This document shows, piece after piece, positions 38,202 to 53,904 of a DNA stretch of 64,000 nucleotides. Every line of letters begins with the position of its first letter. Position 1 is the stretch's first letter. The stretch is from Octopus sinensis (lineage: Eukaryota). The stretch spans positions 77,500,001 through 77,564,000 of the forward strand of contig NC_043006.1 of the NCBI RefSeq assembly GCF_006345805.1. Reading direction: 5' to 3'. Below the pieces are notes generated by a model. The model was given only the letters and a program-made list of their open reading frames with translations, had not been told where the DNA came from and made no database searches. A program made the translations under genes and the position numbers.

Positions 38202-38706
38202 TACATATATAAATATATGTATTTATATAGATATGTATACATATATATATACAACCACACATATATACGTAGACAAACATACATTAATATCTATAACATA
38301 TATGCCATGCGCATGCGACGTCTATGCGTACATATGCATATAAACATTTTATGTAAAGGTTAGAAAATTATATTGAGATGGCATTATGGATACTTTCATC
38401 CAAATTTTAGGAAATATCAACTTTTGATATATTAATTTAAGCAACAAAGGGCATCTATTTAATTCATATGCAGTAAGGAAATTTTCAACATGGACGATTC
38501 TGACCGTACATGGGTGTTAGTTTTGAGAACCTCTATTATAAAACACTTTCAAGTATTTTGAACTGAATCACCTTATGGTCTCTAGTACAAACTCCAGAAA
38601 TATGCGCGTGTGTGAGTTTCTATATGTGTATGTGTGTGTGTATGTGTGTGTGTGCGTACTTCAGTTCACGAAAACTCGTATGCTCATGCATTTATATGAA
38701 TATATA

Positions 38707-38737
<31 letters not shown>

Positions 38738-38766
38738 ACTTTATTTTAAGCAGCAGAAAATTCAAC

Positions 38767-38814
38767 AAAATCTGTTACTCTGAGTTTCTCGTTGCCGTTC
38801 ATCAGACAGTTTTT
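38767..38814 (-). ncRNA. Minimal hammerhead in the left arm
   Basis: ctgt-CTGATGA-acggcaacga-GAAAC-tcaga-GTA-acag. Stem II has an A-A mismatch at its first pair. Confidence 0.7.
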
Positions 38815-39849
38815 GCTAGAATGGAACATATATATAAATTCAATCTATACTCTTACAAACGCTACACCTTTAAAAAGAAATGGACTTGTTTGATTGGGCC
38901 TTTTGAAAAAACGGTCAATCTTCGAGCGATAAACAAAAAGGTCAAAAATAATGTATATATATATAAAAAAAACTTATAAAAATTATAAAATCCGAGAAAA
39001 AAACCGAGGAAAAAACCTATTGCCGTTAATGAGACAGTACAAATTATGCATAGAAAAAACCTGTTATAAATACTGCAATACATATTTATATTAAAATCCA
39101 CATATATATATCAACATACACAAAGGATGCGCGTAAACGCCATACATACATATACAGACGTATGAATATGAATCTAAATTATACACATAAAAGCATGTGT
39201 ACATATATCCACGCAAACCGTCTCGCACGCAAGCTAAAATTCATCTATGTAGCAATTCTCATATACTGAGCAAGGAGGGGGGAACGAAAGAAAGGGAAAG
39301 AGAGAAAAAGGAACGAAGGAGGGGTAGGGAAAAAACTTGTAGCGATATTATTGGCATCTATAGAGGCCAGTATACATACACAAGTTTGAATTGATACATA
39401 TACATACCGTCGTGTGTATGCGTGCTTAAGCACAAGCATACTTTCACTTACACACACAGATACGCATGCTTACAAATACATATGCTTTGCTATACACACA
39501 AACTTATATAAAATTCTAAATTTGACAACATTGCTTTTTAAAAAAACATTGCTTTTTAAAAAATGGGTGCATTAATAAAAATATATACGAAAGACATATA
39601 AAAATAAAAATATAACATCCTATTTTGGGTCATTTATAAATAATCAAGGTAATATAAATAATCAAGGTAATCTTATGCAATACAATAACATGAAAACAAA
39701 GTTTGTAGGTTTTTCCTAATATATATGTAGAAACAATAAGACTTTGCTATAGTCCGTCGTAGCGCTCAAGAGTCAAAATCAAAATCAAAAAATCAAAATA
39801 CAAAATATATACTCTATCCATATGGTATATGTATATTCGACATTTTAAA

Positions 39850-40950
39850 TTTAGCCGCGTGCCTACATAAGTTCATTAACTCACTTCTTTGATTCAAAGA
39901 ATTATTGTCTTTGAATAATATGTGCATTTCTCTAATAAGCAAAGCTTGCACTTGAAATTATATTTGTAAGCTCCATGCCTGTATGGTGCCGCCCTGTCCA
40001 GAATGCCCCATGTCACGTTGAAAGGTGGGGCTTCTTTTCTTTTAGTTCCCAGACATATTTTGCTAGGCTGGTTTTCTTCCTATTCTCTGGGTATTTAAAA
40101 GAATTCTTATGAGAATAAAATCTTGTTTTAAATGAATTTTCTGAAGCCCCTGTGTATGTCTTGATTCCGATGAGCCTTCCACTTGCACCTTGGCTCTATA
40201 AACTACTCCTTTCACTAGACATTTCCCTTCTAACGGACAGGAGCTTTCGTTTTTGAAATTACATTCTTAATGGGCTCGGCACCATGTCTAATCTCAATTA
40301 GCTTCCTATTATGTTGGCTAATGTAAGAGGCGAAATTTCTGCAACAAGAATAGCTAACCTTCAGGGTTCTTCTATTAAATATTCTGTAGAATTTATGACC
40401 CTGCTTAAAATGCTTAGAGACTAATCTCAAAAAGTCCTTACCTATATTAGTCTTTACGGCCAAATTGAAAGCCGGGTTGAACCACAAAACTTTCCTGGTC
40501 CGTTCTTCGTGCAGCATTATTATTAGCATTAAGCTGGTTGAACTGGATCTTCTCCGAGAATCCACTTTCTTTAATGCGCTATCGTAATAAGGTGCAGCAT
40601 TATGGAATGCTGCCTCGTCCGAAGAAATTGAGATATTCTTCTACCTACATTGCTGACTAAGTTGCTAAGGATAACTGGTGGATGGTTCGAATCTTTGCTA
40701 ATATACGATAGCTGTTCATTGGGCTTACGGAAAGGTTTAAATCTATCCGATCTTACATTAAAATTTACGTCTAAAAAATCTACACTATTTAGGTTAGTAT
40801 CTATCGTAGTCCGTAAGCCCACCCTTTGAAAGAAAGCTATAAGGTCCTTCCTAAGTCTATCTGATTCATGGCCGTTTAGATTATGCGTGGCTATAAGGCC
40901 GTCATCCCTATATAGACCTGCATCTATAAATGGGAATTCTATTTTTAGAT
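39850..40950 (-). pseudogene. PLE RT C-terminal half, thumb, CxCx5C-type linker and GIY-YIG endonuclease, frameshifted
   Basis: AGLYRDDGLI (catalytic YxDD), VDFLDVNF..FKPFRKPN..YISKDSNHPP, RKVLWFNPAF..VKTNIGKDFLRLVSKHF..LKVSYSC, CNFKNESSCPLEGKCLVKGVVYRAKV. Confidence 0.9.
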
Positions 40951-40951
40951 T

Positions 40952-41354
40952 AGTAGTTTATAGAGCCAAGGTGCAAGTGGAAGGCTCATCGGAATACAAG
41001 ACATACACAGGGGCTTCAGAAAATTCATTTAAAACAAGATTTTATTCTCATAAGAATTCTTTTAAATACCCAGAGAATAGGAAGAAAACCAGCCTAGCTA
41101 AATATGTCTGGGAACTAAAAGAAAAGGAAGCCCCACCTTTCAACGTGACATGGAACATTCTGGACAGGGCGGCACCATACAGGCATGGAGCTTACAAATA
41201 TAATTTCAAGTGCAAGCTTTGCTTATTAGAGAAAATGCACATATTATTCAAAGACAATAATTCTTTGAATCAAAGAAGTGAGTTAATGAACTTATGTAGG
41301 CACGCGGCTAAATTTAAAATGTCGAATATAAATTATACCATATGGATAGAGTAA
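40952..41354 (+). CDS. GIY-YIG endonuclease of the inverted arm (open frame, 5'-truncated)
   Basis: VVYRAKV..YTGAS..FKTRFYSHK..F..TSLAKYVWELK..TWNIL..CKLCLLEK..LNQRSELMNLCRH. The ORF-track start at 40887 lies in antisense spacer sequence. Confidence 0.8.
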
Positions 41355-42351
41355 TATTTTGTATTTTGATTTTTTGATTTTGATTTTGACTCTTGAGCGC
41401 TACGACGGACCTATAGCAAAGTCTTATTGTTTCTACATATATATTAGGAAAAACCTACAACTTTGTTTTCATGTTATTGTATTGCATAAGATTACCTTGA
41501 TTATTTATATTACCTTGATTATTTATAAATGACCCAAAATAGGATGTTATATTTTATTTTATATGTCTTTTCGTATATATTTTTTTAATGCACCCATTTT
41601 TTAAAAGCAATGTTTTTTTAAAAAGCAATGTTGTCAAATTTAGAGAAGTTTATATAAGTTTGTGTAAGCAAAGCTATGTATTTGTAAGCATGCGTATCTG
41701 TGTATGTGTAAGTGAAAGTATGCTTGTGCTTAAGCACGCATACACACGACGGTTGTATATGTATCAATCAAACTTGTGTATGTATACTGGCCTCTATAGA
41801 TGCCAATAATATCGCTACAAGTTTTTTCCCTACCCCTCCTTCGTTTCCTTTTTCTCTCTTTCCTTTCTTTCGTTCCCCCCTCCTTGCTCAGTATATGAGA
41901 ATTGCTACATAGATGAATTTTAGCTTGCGTGCGAGACGGTTTGCGTGGATATATGTACACATGCTTTTATGTGTATAATTTAGATTCATATTCATACGTC
42001 TGTATATGTATGTATGGCGTTTACGCGCATCCTTTTGTGTATGTGATATATATATGTGGATTTTAATATAAATATGTATTGCAGTTATTTAACAGGTTTA
42101 ATTTCTATGCATTAATTTGTACTGTCTTCATTAACGGCAATAGGTTTTTTCCTCGGTTTTTTTTTTTTTTCCTCGGATTTTATAATTTTTATAAGTTTTT
42201 TTATATATATTACATATATTTTGACCTTTTTGTTTATCGCTCGAAGATTGACCGTTTTTTTCAAAAGGCCCAATCAAACAAGTCCATTTCTTTTTAAAGG
42301 TGTAGCGTTTGTAAGAGTATAGATTGAATTATATATATGTTCCATTCTAGC

Positions 42352-42399
42352 AAAAACTGTCTGATGAACGGCAACGAGAAACTCAGAGTAACAGATTTT
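42352..42399 (+). ncRNA. Minimal hammerhead in the right arm
   Basis: aaaactgt-CTGATGA-acggcaacga-GAAAC-tcaga-GTA-acagatttt. Confidence 0.7.
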
Positions 42400-43140
42400 G
42401 TTGAATTTTCTGCTGCTTAAAATAAAGCATATTACTCTACCACTGGTATTTGAGTACTCTTTTTCCCACCTTGTTTCACATTTATGTGTTTACTCCGGTA
42501 TATATATATATATACATGTATATCATGGAAAGAATTAAGACAGTGCACATATTATTTAAGAGAGGTAATGCGTGCAGATGTGCTGGTGAGTGAAATTGGA
42601 AATCGAATATTTAAAAATGCACGGAAAATAAAAGAAAAGATCTTAGAACTTTTTCAAAGTTAAGTAAATAAAATTTCACATGTGAATAGTTGCTAAAAGC
42701 TACGCTGAAATATGTTTGAAAATATTATGGATCGGAGATGGAAGAAATTTCGAGTTTGAGTTTGAAAGCCAGATATGCACAGACACACACACACACACAT
42801 ATTCATACATACACACACACGTACACACACGTACACGCAGAGAAACACACACATGCACATACTCACACATACACACACACACACATATATGTCTAGATGC
42901 ACGTGAAATATATATATATATGTATATAATATATTCCGTTGTACATGTACGTATATTTATATATACATTATGTGTGTATGCCTATAATTATATTCATATA
43001 TATATATATATATATGCCATGTGTGTGTCTTTATATGTATGTATACATGTATATATATATGCATATATATATACATTTGTGCACACATACACACAAATAT
43101 ATACATACATCTATATGTGTACATATATGTAAATATATAT

Positions 43141-43183
<43 letters not shown>

Positions 43184-43228
43184 TATATACACACCAAACA
43201 CACACACACATACACACACACATTATAT

Positions 43229-43274
<46 letters not shown>

Positions 43275-44229
43275 TATATTATATATAAATGCACACATAT
43301 TTATATGGGATATATGTGCAAACGCATGCATGTGTGCGTGTGTGTTTCTCGCTCTGTGTACGTATTTAGATAAACATTTTGATATTCGTCTGTACGTGGA
43401 AGCTTGAAAGTACAAACGACTGACAGCAAAATAATGCAAAACTGCTTAAAAGGTTGGATATTGACATTTTACGCTCACACAGACACATATTTATATATAC
43501 AAGATAATTACCTATGTTTAAGTATACACATAAGTATATTATATATATATATATATTATATATATATATATATAATATATATAGATATAGAGAGATAGAT
43601 AGATATATATATATATATAGAGAGAGAGAGCGAGAGAGAGAGATATATACTCATATATATACATACAATATACGTGTGTGTGTAAATATGCCTAAAAAAT
43701 ATATTTAAGTATAAATGTGCGTATACCTGTTTCTGCAGTAAATGCCTCTGTATCTCCCTTTATATGTCGGCGCAGGTGCTTATTGCGTATGCAACAGTAG
43801 AAATAGATAGATTATCAACGACTGTTTCGTAAGCTAACTCGTAAATTAGTCTGTCATTTTGAATTTTTGGAATTCTTCTCTGAATTTTAAAAGCTATGTA
43901 AATATAAGATGTCTCATATATTGACCGGATACATGTGTGCGTGTATATCACGCACACACATACTTATATATATTTACACCACTTTATATAATTATCTTCA
44001 TATCCATATATGTAATGTTGCACACACACACACACCTCACACACATACCTCACACACATACAGATATATAAGTGTGCGCGCGTGTATGTATGTATATATA
44101 TATATATGTGAAATAATTCACGAAAAAAAAACCAAAAGACTAAGACAGGTGGTGTAGAAATCAAACAGATGTATTAGTATAACGCTCGGGAATTGAAAAA
44201 GTCTGTGTAACGCTGAATCTTTCTGTGTC

Positions 44230-44329
44230 TGTCGAGTGCTCAGCCATCTGCACGTTAATTTCACGAACAGTCTGTTGCGTTGATTGGATCAACTGGAACC
44301 CTCGTCGTCATAACCGGCGGAGTGCCACG

Positions 44330-44330
<1 letters not shown>
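44230..44330 (+). mobile_element. 3' tail of SINE family C or its partner LINE
   Basis: GAGTGCTCAGCC...GGATCAACTGGAACCCTCGTCGTC...GGAGTGCCACGA followed by (TA)n. Confidence 0.7.
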
Positions 44331-44361
<31 letters not shown>

Positions 44362-45912
44362 TATGGTTACGAATCGAATATTTAATATAAACTAGCAGTG
44401 AAATCTTTTAGGGGGAATAATCCAATAAATATATTGCCGTATAAGAAACACATTCATTAAAACCCAGAAAGCGTAAGATACCATTTGAATTCAAAATTTG
44501 CTTTAGTATCGAACATAAAATAGTTGTCAAATACTTCTACTCGTTAGTAGTAACCTGACACCTGCTCTGTTTTAGGAACTTCAATGAAATAAGAGAAATT
44601 TATCTGTTAATCGAAACTTGTGTGCGCAGTTTAATAAAATTCCTTTTTAGTAGTCACTTTAATGCCTGGTTTTTAATAAGAAAATTTCCCCCTTCAAGTT
44701 TGCAAGGTGACATGAAATATTTCTGGAAATAAATAAGCAAAATCTTCGGTGAAAATACTTCTAGTTATTTATATCTGTAAAAGATTTTTCCAAATGTGCC
44801 AGAGTAAGATAAGCAAAACGATGCTTTTGTCTATTTTGCGTACTGCAGCAATGGCTGAAGTAATAAAAACAAATGTTAAAACGTCAATGGATATTGGTAA
44901 CAGATAAAGATATATATATTTTGAGAACATGTTGGCTGCATATGGGTAATATATGCCAATGCGTTGATTATTGTTACTTCTTTCCCATACATTTGTCGGT
45001 GTCTGCAGTCAAGTGAATTCAGTGTTGCGGTTTCGATTGTTCAATGGTTAATATCGTATCGCATAATTAACGCTGTTATTTGCTCTGTTTATGGTAAAAA
45101 CTCATGCTTGGCAGCGTAATAGTGAACGAGATAAGCCATCTTAGTGTTGCTTGTCAAACGATATCACAACACATCACTTCCTATTATTTTAATAGCATTA
45201 ATACAGCTTCGATAGAAAGAAAATGAAAACTAAAATATGGCTGCAAACCGCATGCCCAGTATCATCTAATAACCATCACAAATTCATGATTTACACTTGA
45301 TTTTATGATTTACTGTTGTTTTTATGATTTGCTGTTGCCTGAATGATTTTCTGTTGCTCGTTTCGTTCCACAGACATGAATAATTGTCGGAGATAGACAA
45401 AAGTGCCACATCCTTTACAAACATTACCCCCATCACCAAACCATGATCACGAGCACCATCAACACTAGCACTACCAGCAACAACAACACAGAGAATCTAG
45501 GCCGATGAAGAAACTCTAACGATAAAGAGACTAAACAGTCAACTGATTTGATAGTTACCCTAGCTAAATTTACATTAAATGTATTGCATGGCTTTTCGCG
45601 CTCACAATTTAATTCATCCAGCATTGCAAATTTAGTTTTTAATATGGTCTTCATAAAGTGAAATGAACCATTCAGTATGTAATGTTATAATATATATTTG
45701 AAATTTATATACTTTTCTATTTTTTTAGTCGCTTAAATTTAGGTAGATACAATGTAAATTATTTGCTGCACATCAACATTTTATTACTGCTGCGTGCTTA
45801 CTGCAGTGATCTTGTACGGTTGACTGCCATTGAATTCCGCTTCATCAGGCTATTTAGCGATGTTAGAACCAATACTTCAGGAAGCAATCGTTAGATACTA
45901 AGTATTTTCTAC

Positions 45913-46310
45913 TTTACTCTTTTACTTGTTTCAGTTATTTGACTGTGGCCATACTGGAGCACCACCTTTAGTCGAGCAAATCGACCCCAGGACTTATTCT
46001 TTATAAGCCTAGTACTTATTCTATCGGTCTCTTTTGCCAAACCGTTAAGTTACGGGGACGTAAACACACCAGCATCAATTGTCAAGCGGCGTTGGGGGGA
46101 CAAGCACAGACACACACATATACGTATATATATATATATATACACATATACGACGGACTTCTTTCATTTCCGTCTACAAAATATACTCACAAGGCTCTGG
46201 TCGCATCGATGCTATAGTAGAAAACACTTGCCCAAGGTGCCACGCAGTGGGACTGAATCCGGAACCATGTGGTTCGTAAGCAAGCCACTTAACACGCAGC
46301 CACTCCTGCT
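45913..46310 (-). mobile_element. SINE family A
   Basis: Reverse-complement homologue of 4848-5258. Confidence 0.85.
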
Positions 46311-47149
46311 CCTTTGCGTACAATGATGCAAATTCGTTTTACTCATGTTGAAGTTAAGCAACTTCTTATTTTACATAAACTTCGATTCCTATACAGAGAC
46401 CTTATAAATAGCAGATAAGATCACCCCATCCCTATAGTTTTTGCAACGTCTGCACGACATTTCTAGAATTTGAGGTATGTTCACGAAATTCAAAATATAA
46501 TAAAACACTCGAATATATATGCATATAGGCACAGGAGAGGGTGTGTGGTAAAATCTTTGTTATCAGTGACATGGTTCAGATTTTCGTCTTAATGCGTGAC
46601 ACCTGAATAGAGGGTATTTTACTCTAGCACCAAGGTCACCAAAGTCTTATGAGCGACACTGATAAATGAAAACTGGAAAAAGCTCATTGGGCATATACAT
46701 GGCTTTGTGCACATTCTATCGGTTAATTATGAACATTATGACTACAACGTAACTTCTAGAACCCAGAAACGGTTGTCAAATGCAAAAAGAACTATGCGCC
46801 GTCACCTTATTTTATTTTTATTTTAAACATCATGTAAAAGTAATTTTTTCTTCACAATATTGAAAACTATCTGTGTTGGGACAGAATGACAGGGTACGAT
46901 GGGTTAAACGTCGCCATTCTATATTTTTAAGTTCACATATTGTTTGTTTTTGATTTTGTCGACTACCCAAAATAGTAGGGTCAGTTGTGCAACATCTGTG
47001 ACAAAAACAGCGCAATTACGCAGTTCACAGTGCCAGAAATTTGGTAACGGTATGCTGTACTGCGTGGCATTTCCACCGGAAGCTCTAAAACGAATATTTC
47101 AGAATATCTGTGTGTGAATATGAGAACAGTGCAATCTCAGGACACATAC

Positions 47150-47737
47150 AAAGAATAATAAAAATCAAACATCCAGTCAACATCATGGTGTTTGGAGTTA
47201 TCATTAGTGATGGCGACATTATGCCTCCATTCATCTTCCTACACGGCCTCAGACTCAGCACAGAAGCCTACAACATGTTCCTGAAGGAGATACCGCTGCC
47301 CTAGATCAAGAGGGTGGTTGCTGGATGACTCTATGTCTGTCACACAGGCAGCAGAATCAATTGATGAATGTCAGACAATTTCTGCGACCACCTTACCCCT
47401 ATAATGTGGCCACCTGACTCTCCAGACTTCAACCCCGTTATGTGTGGGGCGCAGGTGAGCGAGAGACCATCAAAATAATTCCTTGTAACACAAAAGATGA
47501 ATTGAAGGCAAGGATTATGGTAGTACTGACCAACTTAAACAAGAAGAGTGTCCAGAAGATTTGCAAGAGATTCCGAAGTTGTCTGGAGACCGTGAGTGAA
47601 GCTAATAGAGATTTCATTGAAAAAATTTACTCTTTAGAATTTCAAGATATTCTTTATGTAATTTTGGTAAATATATCAGTTATAATGAGATGTGAGTCTT
47701 ATTTTCATTTTTGCGTAATTTACTCACCCACACCCTG
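47150..47737 (+). mobile_element. Tc1/mariner-superfamily transposase 3' part with right terminus
   Basis: KHPVNIMVFGVIISDGDIMPPFIF, WPPDSPDFNP, and VWGA.ERE..PCNTKDELKARI. Ends in CACCCTG|TA (TIR plus TA). Confidence 0.8.
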
Positions 47738-47752
47738 TATACACACACACAC

Positions 47753-47807
<55 letters not shown>

Positions 47808-47834
47808 AATATATATATATATAGATATATATAC

Positions 47835-48385
47835 TACGGGACTCTTTCAGTTTCCATCTACCAAATCCATCTATAAGGCTTTGGTTTCTCCGAAGGTATA
47901 GCAGAAGACACTCGCCTAAGATGCCACGACATGGGACTGAACTCGGAATCATGTGGTTGGAAACAAACTTTTCACCGCACTGTGTAAGTGTGGATGTGCG
48001 GTAAGGAGTTTGCTTTCAAAGCACAAGGTTCCGGGTTCATTCCCACTTTGGGATACCTTGGGCAGATGACTTCGTTTTATTGCGACAAATCCACTAAAGG
48101 CTTGTAATACACTTTAGTAGATGGAAACTGAAAAAGCTATTGGTATGTATCTGTATATGCGTGTGCGCTCATGTGTGTGTGTATATTTTTGTTCGTGTTT
48201 CTTCCCCACCGGTTGACAACATGCATTATTCTGCTTACGACCCTGTGACCGTGCACTTGAACAGAAGAGATCGGTAGGTTAATAACTGAGCTTTAAAAAG
48301 TAATATATACTGGAGTCAATTCATGAGACTAAAGACAAAAATTCTTCAAGGCAGTACCCCAGCATGACTGTAGTTCAATGACTGA
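47835..48385. mobile_element. Two divergent, eroded SINE family A copies (minus about 47835-47975, plus about 47985-48385)
   Basis: TTTCAGTTTCCATCTACCAAATCC and GGTTCCGGGTTCATTCCCACT...GGAAACTGAAA motifs. Confidence 0.65.
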
Positions 48386-49338
48386 ACGACATGATGAGAA
48401 TGGATGTAGATGTTCAATTATTAGCTGGAATATATTTCATATGAGTAACTTTTGAAGTATAGACATTTTAGCATGGTAACATCAGGAAGTGTAGTGTACA
48501 TTGTATACTTATAAGTTAACTGATATCAAATATCTTGGTACTTATACACAATAGTGAAATAAACACTACTTTTCCAAAAAAGTATTTATTAAATTAGAAA
48601 TTAAAATTCAATAAAACAATATTTAAATTGATGAAAAAATAGCTGAAAAAGAAATTATCCTGTGTGAAGTTGCCTACCAACAATTCTAGTACTTTTTCTG
48701 TACGTTTTTTTAAATTTTGTGTGAAGTTATTACCCCATTACATAAACAAAACATTTGTATCGGCTATTATTAAGACATTACTCTCCATTCCTATCTCTCT
48801 TCACATTTACCTACTACACTTTTTTTTCTCAACATATCAAATATAGACTGCATTGTAGACTTCTTTTATGAATAAATTTTCAATTCCATTTGATTGAAAC
48901 ACCATGCAGCCTTATTGTCTAATGGTTGCGAAATTGATATAATGCAAAATGATTTTGAAGGATATAATCTCGTTAAGAAATTTACACAGGGATATATTTA
49001 CATAAACATAGTGTTTCAATTATACAACACATAACATATGCATGCAATCATGTGTGTGCGTGTGCGCGCGTCCGTGAGTGTGTATGTTGTGTGTGTACGT
49101 GGCTTTTGAAACCCTGTCTCGGTCATATATTTTGTGAAATCGATATATAGTATTATTTTAAAGGTGCATAAAAGTCTCATTGTATTTGCAAATGCGAAAG
49201 TTAATGAAATTTATAGTTTCTTCTCTCCATGTTCACGCAATGAACTCATGCATATATATATTATATATATATGTGAATACATATCTGTGTGCGTGTATTT
49301 ATAATACATACATTCGTATAAACTTATATATATATATG

Positions 49339-50930
<1,592 letters not shown>

Positions 50931-51169
50931 TTATGTATAGATTTATATGCATGTGATTGGATGTTTACTTTTCTTGTATTCCATTAAGTAAATTCACCGA
51001 TTTTCAGAAGAAAAGAAAGAAAAATGTTGTGCATCGCTTTCCTGTTTAATATCATCCAGATGGTATTCTCCCTGGAAAAGATATACTAGGAGCTTGAGAT
51101 AGAAACATTCAGAATACAGTATTATTTTTATATATAAATATATCGGCATATGTATATAAGCATATATGG

Positions 51170-51202
<33 letters not shown>

Positions 51203-51354
51203 TGTATGTATGTATGTATGTATGTATGTATGTATGTATGTATGTGTGTATACATATATATGTGTGTGTGTATAAATATTCATGTACCTCATAAAAGCTG
51301 AGGAATTGGCTATTCGATACTGTAGAGTTAATACATTCCGTAATATGGTAACGG

Positions 51355-51738
51355 GGAGGCGCAATGGCCCGGTGGTTAGGGCAGCGGACTCGCGGTCGTA
51401 GGATCGCGGTTCCGATTCCCAGACCGGGCGTTGTGAGTGTTTATTGAGCGAAAACACCTAAAGCTCCACGAGGCTCCGGCAGGGATGGTGGTGATCCCTG
51501 CTGTACTCTTTCACCACAACTTTCTCTCACTCTTACTTCCTGTTTCTGTTGTACCTGTATTTCAAAGGGCCGGCCTTGTCACCCTCTGTGTCACGGTGAA
51601 TATCCCCGAGAACTACGTTAAGGGTACACGTGTCTGTGGAGTGCTCAGCCACTTACACGTTAATTTCACGAGCAGGCTGTTCCGTTGATCGGATCAACCG
51701 GAACCCTCGTCGTTGTAATCGACGGAGTGCTTCCATCC
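51355..51738 (+). mobile_element. Full-length young SINE family C with a 13-bp target-site duplication
   Basis: TSD AATATGGTAACGG at 51342-51354 and 51739-51751. A-box TGGCCCGGTGG and B-box GGTTCCGATTCC; CpG-rich. Confidence 0.92.
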
Positions 51739-52316
51739 AATATGGTAACGGATTGTTTTACTGACCGATGTCTGTCATTCTGTCGAGTCATCAGTAGTGG
51801 CGCGCATCACTTTGATATGCCTTGAATCCTACTGGACCGACTTTAATCAAATGTATATTTTCACACAGGCTCGATCACACACACACATACTCAAACAAAC
51901 ACACATATATAAGAGTCGTAACTTAACTTGAATGAGATAGGTTGGAATCATTGTAGTAAAATAACGGGTTTGAATGCTGAATCTCGTGGTATGTTTTGAG
52001 GCTGAAGAAACTCGTATGGTTTGACGCTTTATCAATGCATTCAACTTTATTGGTTTTAGTTAGGGGACTACTGCAGTCCTATTTCCATCCAGTTTTCATA
52101 TTTCAGTTATTCTAGTTCTTCATGGCCGATGGGAGCGGGATTATATATATGTCTGACGGCGAAGAAATAGGATAACTAACAGCAATTATACAATCACACT
52201 ATATAAAACAAAGCCACACTCGGTCACGAAATTCGGTCGTCTATAAGCAATAGTCACACACACTCACATATGTATCTATATCTATCTATCAATATATATA
52301 TATATATATACATATA

Positions 52317-52727
52317 CTCTTTTACTCTTTTACTTGTTTCAGTCATTTGACTGCGGCCATGCTGGAGCACCGCCTTTAGTCGAGCAAATCGACCCCGGGA
52401 CTTATTCTTTGTAAGCCCAGTACTTATTCTATCGGTCTCTTTTGCCGAACCGCTAAGTTACGGGGACGTAAACACACCAGCATCGGTTGTCAAGCAATTA
52501 TAGGGGGACAAACACAGACACACAAACACACACACATACATATATATATATATACATATATACGACAGGCTTCTTTAAGTTTCCATCTACCAAATCCACT
52601 CACAAGGCATTGGTCGACCCGGAGCTATAGCAGAAGACACTTGCCCAAGATGCCACGCAGTGGGACTGAACTCGGAACCATGTGATTGGTTAGCAAGCTA
52701 CTTACCACACAGCCACTCTTGCGCCTA
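52317..52727 (-). mobile_element. SINE family A
   Basis: Reverse-complement homologue of 4848-5258. Confidence 0.85.
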
Positions 52728-53799
52728 TATGTATGTATTTATGTGTGTGTATGTATGTAAGTGTATATATGTACGTATGTATGTATATGTGTATATATGT
52801 ATATGTACCCAAAGATATGATGTAGTACTTCTCGTTTTCAAATTGAGATTATTTGAGATTCGTTTGGATTCAAAATATTTTCCAGGATCACGTCTCTCTT
52901 TATCTTCCTTGCCAAATGTCATTTTGTGTTGTACATGTTTTTATAGAACGACGTTTCTGCTTAATTTCACAGTAGTGTACGCAGATTCTTTTCTTGCCTC
53001 GACCGTCCCCGCTGAATATTGTATATAATCCTACTGATAAAACAACTGTTTTATTCTCAATAATAATTCCACATTTGAATTTCATTTGTAGAGTGTTTTG
53101 GCGTTATTGCGTCTTAAAACATAAAGCATACTACTTATGTTCCTGTTTATTCCCATATTTATGTTTAATACATTTCCAATATTAAACAATGTCTATTCTA
53201 AGGCTATTTCCAACTACGTTATCTAAAGTGTCATGTCCAAACATAAGATGTTTTTGGTGATTTCCTTGAGATTTGCATAATAATTTACTTCAATGCAGAC
53301 CATACAGACACCCTTTCAATAAAATGCCTAAATTTACAATGCCGGCCACAAAAACAACAAAAAAAATTTGATTATCATCCGCGATTCGTGAAATTCTTTC
53401 TGTATAACAATTGTTTTGGTTATTTAAGATTCATACAATTTTCGAGATAACAAAGGAAATTAGAATATCAGTAACATTTACAACGTTATTTAGTAAAATT
53501 TTATGTCACCGAAACACCAGAGGCGTAATTTGAGCCAAGATTTTAGAGTGTCATGTTAAATACCCTACGACATTTATAAGCGATAGCATGCAAATTCTGA
53601 GTAGGCTACTGTATCAGTTTGCTTTCATACTTCTGGCGTTAATAAAAAATAACATTTTTCACACAATTTTCATATGTGCCTAAAGATGAAATCAATATCA
53701 TTATAATTCTAAAATCCAGTCTTGCTTTACAAAGTCATAAATATAATTACAATTATTCTTCTTCTTCTTCTTCTTCTTCTTCTTCTCTTCTTCTTCTTC

Positions 53800-53850
<51 letters not shown>

Positions 53851-53857
53851 TATTATT

Positions 53858-53904
<47 letters not shown>

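Larger units (their letters stand above)
38739..42427. mobile_element. Penelope-like retroelement: 5'-truncated minus-strand copy fused head-to-head to an inverted 3' copy (about 1.47-kb inverted arms)
   Basis: Arms 38739-40207 and 40952-42427 are near-identical reverse complements. The spacer 40208-40951 encodes the RT on the minus strand. Confidence 0.92.

Noticed and set aside
38739-42427. The large inverted repeat as a long-read fold-back chimera
   Set aside because: The arms are separated by 744 bp of coherent RT-coding sequence contiguous with only one arm, which matches known PLE inversion structure. Read-level confirmation is still advisable.
51355-51430. tRNA-like heads of the SINEs as tRNA genes
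   Set aside because: No complete cloverleaf or acceptor stem; they continue into SINE bodies.
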